Shown: positions 59,793 through 64,000 of the stretch, piece after piece | Position numbering within the stretch: the first letter of the stretch is position 1 | Layout: each line of letters starts with the position of its first letter | Assembly: GCA_964016885.1 (NCBI GenBank) | Contig: OZ024742.1 | Span: 13,144,001-13,208,000 of the forward strand | DNA from: Eledone cirrhosa | Lineage: Eukaryota | Length of the DNA: 64,000 nucleotides | Direction of reading: 5' to 3' | The notes under the pieces: model-generated | What the model was told of the DNA's origin: nothing | Seen by the model: the letters and a program-made list of their open reading frames with translations, nothing else | Databases searched by the model: none | Program-made: the position numbers and the translations under genes

Positions 59793-59957
59793 GTGACAAC
59801 ATACATATATATACAATGTATGATCTAGCTGTCGAAACGGCCGTAGCTCAGCCGTCGGAGTCCTGACTCTTTTCCTATATATATACATAACAATTGTTAA
59901 TACCTGAAATAAAGCCCCTTGTTATGCAGCCAACCATGTTACTCTTCATTCTTTCAC

Positions 59958-60099
<142 letters not shown>

Positions 60100-60523
60100 A
60101 TATATACACTATGTATGTTATATATATATATAATCTATACATGATATTGTCCAGTGGAAAGTCAATAGCCGATACAGCTTGGCGCCAGTGATGGAATTGG
60201 CTATTTGCTGGATGTTCTCCATGGTGTCTGTCTGAAGTTCCTAAGTATTTTCCTATTGGGGTATCTTTACTACTATATTAATATCAACTATATAGCTGGA
60301 GTCCATAGTTAGGGTTATAGACTTCTCTATTAGGTGTTCTTTCAATCTCCTGTCCCACCATACCTTCCAGACTATACTGTTTCTATCACTGGCAGGAACG
60401 TTCTTAAATGTGTAATTTCTGTTGATCAGGACTTTCATGGGAATTCCTGGCTTTTCTGATATCTTAAATTATTAAATTATTAGGTTATTAAGTATAAAAT
60501 GTCCGATTTCCTTAAACACTAAA

Positions 60524-60732
60524 CTCCTGGAGAGTTCTTGGTCTTATTGTGCAGGTACATCATTAGATTCTCAAAGTTTGAAAGTCACTATCTCTAATAT
60601 TTCTCCTGGAGAGTTCTTGGTTTATTGTGCAGATACATCATTAGATTCTCAAAGTTTGAAAGTCACTATCTCTAATATTTCTCCTGGAGAGTTCTTGGTC
60701 TTACTGTGCAGGTACATCATTAGATTCTCAAA
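60524..60732. repeat. 78-79-bp tandem repeat, ~2.6 copies
   Basis: CTCCTGGAGAGTTCTTGG begins at 60524, 60603 and 60681. Confidence 0.93.
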
Positions 60733-60816
60733 TCATGTTCTCATTTGTGAATGTCTTTTCAATGGTTTATTTCAGATAAACTTTTGTTAACCGATGTCAA
60801 CAATTCATGTTTTTAA

Positions 60817-61032
60817 CCGTTCAGCATTTAAACCGGCCATATCCGGCCAGAACTCGCTCACCTATTTCTGTTCAAACCAGCTGTAACCAGTCACTCATAC
60901 TGATGTTAAGGTATTGTTCTCGAAATAAATAGCATCAAAATCTGGTAGATTCGATATTATGTGAGATAATTATGTAAGATAAAACCTTTACCATGAAAAT
61001 ACAATAGTAGATATAATGTAAATGCTAATGGG
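60817..61032. mobile_element. piggyBac-type MITE
   Basis: TTAA on both sides (60813-60816 and 61033-61036). Imperfect TIRs CCGTTCAGCATTTA / TAAATGCTAATGGG (11/14). Confidence 0.72.
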
Positions 61033-61301
61033 TTAAATATAAGATTCGTCTTAGAACTAATGCAAGACTCCAACTGCCAGCTCCCACTTCCTGGGAAAAT
61101 GTGTTGTCATCATAGAAACCGACGTAGGCCCATTCCATTTCCAGTAGCCTGTCAATTAATTTATTCATATCTTAAATTCTCGGGTAAATATTTGCACATG
61201 AAGAATTTTACATGAAACTAATGTAAGAGTCATTTGCCTCTCTAAATCCTCAAATATCTCTAAAGAAGGTATCATCTGCAAATGCAAGCAATAAATATAA
61301 A

Positions 61302-61401
<100 letters not shown>

Positions 61402-61494
61402 ATAAGAAAGGAGAAGAGAGAAAAAAAATCTGATACTCTTTATATATATATATATATATATTTTTTTTTTTTATAACTATATATATACACACAC

Positions 61495-61525
<31 letters not shown>

Positions 61526-62000
61526 GCACAGACACACACATATATATATATATGTATATATCAATGCATTCCTATCCATAATTCCCATAAATCAGACGGT
61601 AAGTAGCTATGTACCAATCCACTTCCTTTGAGACCAATACCGACATCTTCCTACGTAGCTCTCCCACAAAATAAACTCATGTGGTAATTATATGCTACTA
61701 AAACATGTTGATTGGAACAACACATCTAGAATCCGGTGGAAACTAAGGTTGAGAAAGAATTCTAATTTATCTGTCTTAAAGTGAGGTTTCTTTGGAACAT
61801 TTATATTTGGGGTGGTGCATCTAAGAGGATCTGTAATGAATTTGTCTTGATGCCCAGGCGGTTTAATTAGGAAATATTAGTAATAATGTATCAAGGTTGT
61901 CTGCAGTTTAACGGAAGCCGCCATTGCATACGGAATGTTTTTTCTATGAAAGCAAAGCAAATAAATAAATACGCATACATACATACACACACACACATAC

Positions 62001-64000
62001 ACACCAACATTATCACTATAACCAACATTATGATCATCACCAACACTATCACCATCACCAACACTATCACCATCACCAACACTATCACCATCACCAACAC
62101 TATCACCATCACCAACACTATCATCATCACCAACATTATCCCCATCACCAGCACTATCCCCATCACCAACACTATCACCATCACCAACACTATCACCATC
62201 ACCAACATTATCCCCATCACCAACACTCTCACCATCACGAACACTATCACCATCACCAACACTATCACCATCACCAACGCTATCACCATCACCAACACTA
62301 TCACCATCACCAACACTATCACCATCACCAACACTATCACCATCACCAACACTATCACCATCACCAACGCTATCACCATCACCAACACTATCACCATCAC
62401 CAACACTATCACCATCACCAACACTATCACCATCACCAACACTATCCCCATCACCAACACTATCACCATCACGAACGCTATCATCATCACCAACATTATC
62501 CCCATCACCAACACTATCACCATCACCAACGCTATCACCATCACCAACACTATCACCATCACCAACACTATCACCATCACCAACACTATCACCATCACCA
62601 ACGCTATCACCATCACCAACACTATCACCATCACCAACACTATCACCATCACCAACACTATCACCATCACCAACACTATCCCCATCACCAACACTATCAC
62701 CATCACGAACGCTATCATCATCACCAACATTATCCCCATCACCAACACTATCACCATCACCAACGCTATCACCATCACCAACACTATCACCATCACCAAC
62801 ACTATCACCATCACCAACACTATCACCATCACCAACACTATCACCATCACCAACATTATCCCCATCACCAACATTATCCCCATCACCAACACTATCACCA
62901 TCACCAACACTATCACCATCACCAACATTATCCCCATCACCAACATTATCCCCATCACCAACACTATCACCATCACCAACATTATCCCCATCACCAACAT
63001 TATCCCCATCACCAACACTATCACCATCACCAACACTATCACCATCACCAACACTATCACCATCACCAACATTATCCCCATCACCAACATTATCCCCATC
63101 ACCAACACTATCACCATCACCAACATTATCCCCATCACCAACACTATCACCATCACCAACACTATCACCATCACCAACATTATCCCCATCACCAACACTA
63201 TCACCATCACCAACACTATCACCATCACCAACACTATCACCATCACCAACACTATCACCATCACCAACACTATCACCATCACCAACACTATCACCATCAC
63301 CAACATTATCCCCATCACCAGCACTATCCCCATCACCAACACTATCAACATCACCAACACTATCACCATCACCAACACTATCACCATCACCAACACTATC
63401 CCCATCACCAACACTATCACCATCACCAACACTATCACCATCACCAACACTATCACCATCACCAACACTATCACCATCACCAACACTATCACTATCACCA
63501 ACACTATCACCATCACCAACACTATCCCCATCACCAACACTATCACCATCACCAACACTATCACCATCACCAACACTATCACTATCACGAACACTATCAC
63601 CATCACCAACACTATCACCATCACCAACACTATCACCATCACCAACACTATCACCATCACCAGCGCTATCCCCATCACCAACACTATCACCATCACCAAC
63701 ACTATCACCATCACCAACACTATCACCATCACCAACACTATCACCATCACCAACACTATCACCATCACCGACACTATCACCATCACCAACGCTATCACCA
63801 TCACCAACACTATCACCATCACCAGCGCTATCCCCATCACCAACACTATCACCATCACCAACACTATCACCATCACCAACACTATCACCATCACCAACAC
63901 TATCACCATCACCAACACTATCACCATCACCAACGCTATCACCATCACCAACACTATCACCATCACCAACACTATCACCATCACCAACACTATCACCATC
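62001..64000. repeat. 18-bp minisatellite CACCAACACTATCACCAT, running off the window edge
   Basis: About 110 in-register units; source of the (MVIVLV)n ORF. Confidence 0.98.

Noticed and set aside
61891-63999. 702-aa (MVIVLV)n ORF
   Set aside because: It is the product of an 18-bp unit with no stop in that frame. It is implausibly hydrophobic and ends in a (TG)n tract.

Overview
This is a eukaryotic, repeat-saturated window in which I could not recognise any host protein-coding gene, rRNA or intact tRNA. The repeat complement suggests a cephalopod such as Octopus, which is an inference only. About 25 kb is simple or tandem repeat: a (GGT)-rich array, a 14-kb (GTT)-rich array with a hidden ~3.15-kb higher-order period, and 14-bp, 18-bp and GA-rich minisatellites. 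Most of the rest is non-LTR retrotransposons: one RTE LINE, four R4/Dong-clade (RT + restriction-like endonuclease) lineages including one intact 1130-aa ORF, one CR1, two Tx1-like LINEs, short bipartite RTE derivatives, tRNA-derived SINEs, small DNA-transposon derivatives and Penelope-like hammerhead relics. Two patterns stand out. (1) Retroelement lineages sort by microsatellite: two R4 lineages sit in (CATA)n, the same repeat that forms the tails of the neighbouring RTE-derived elements, while other lineages use (AAT)n, (GATA)n/(GA)n or (TA)n. (2) An RTE 5'-leader RNA shows compensatory base changes between divergent copies, and the neighbouring RTE ORF has no in-frame AUG before its endonuclease. 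All family assignments come from motifs read by eye, not from database searches.
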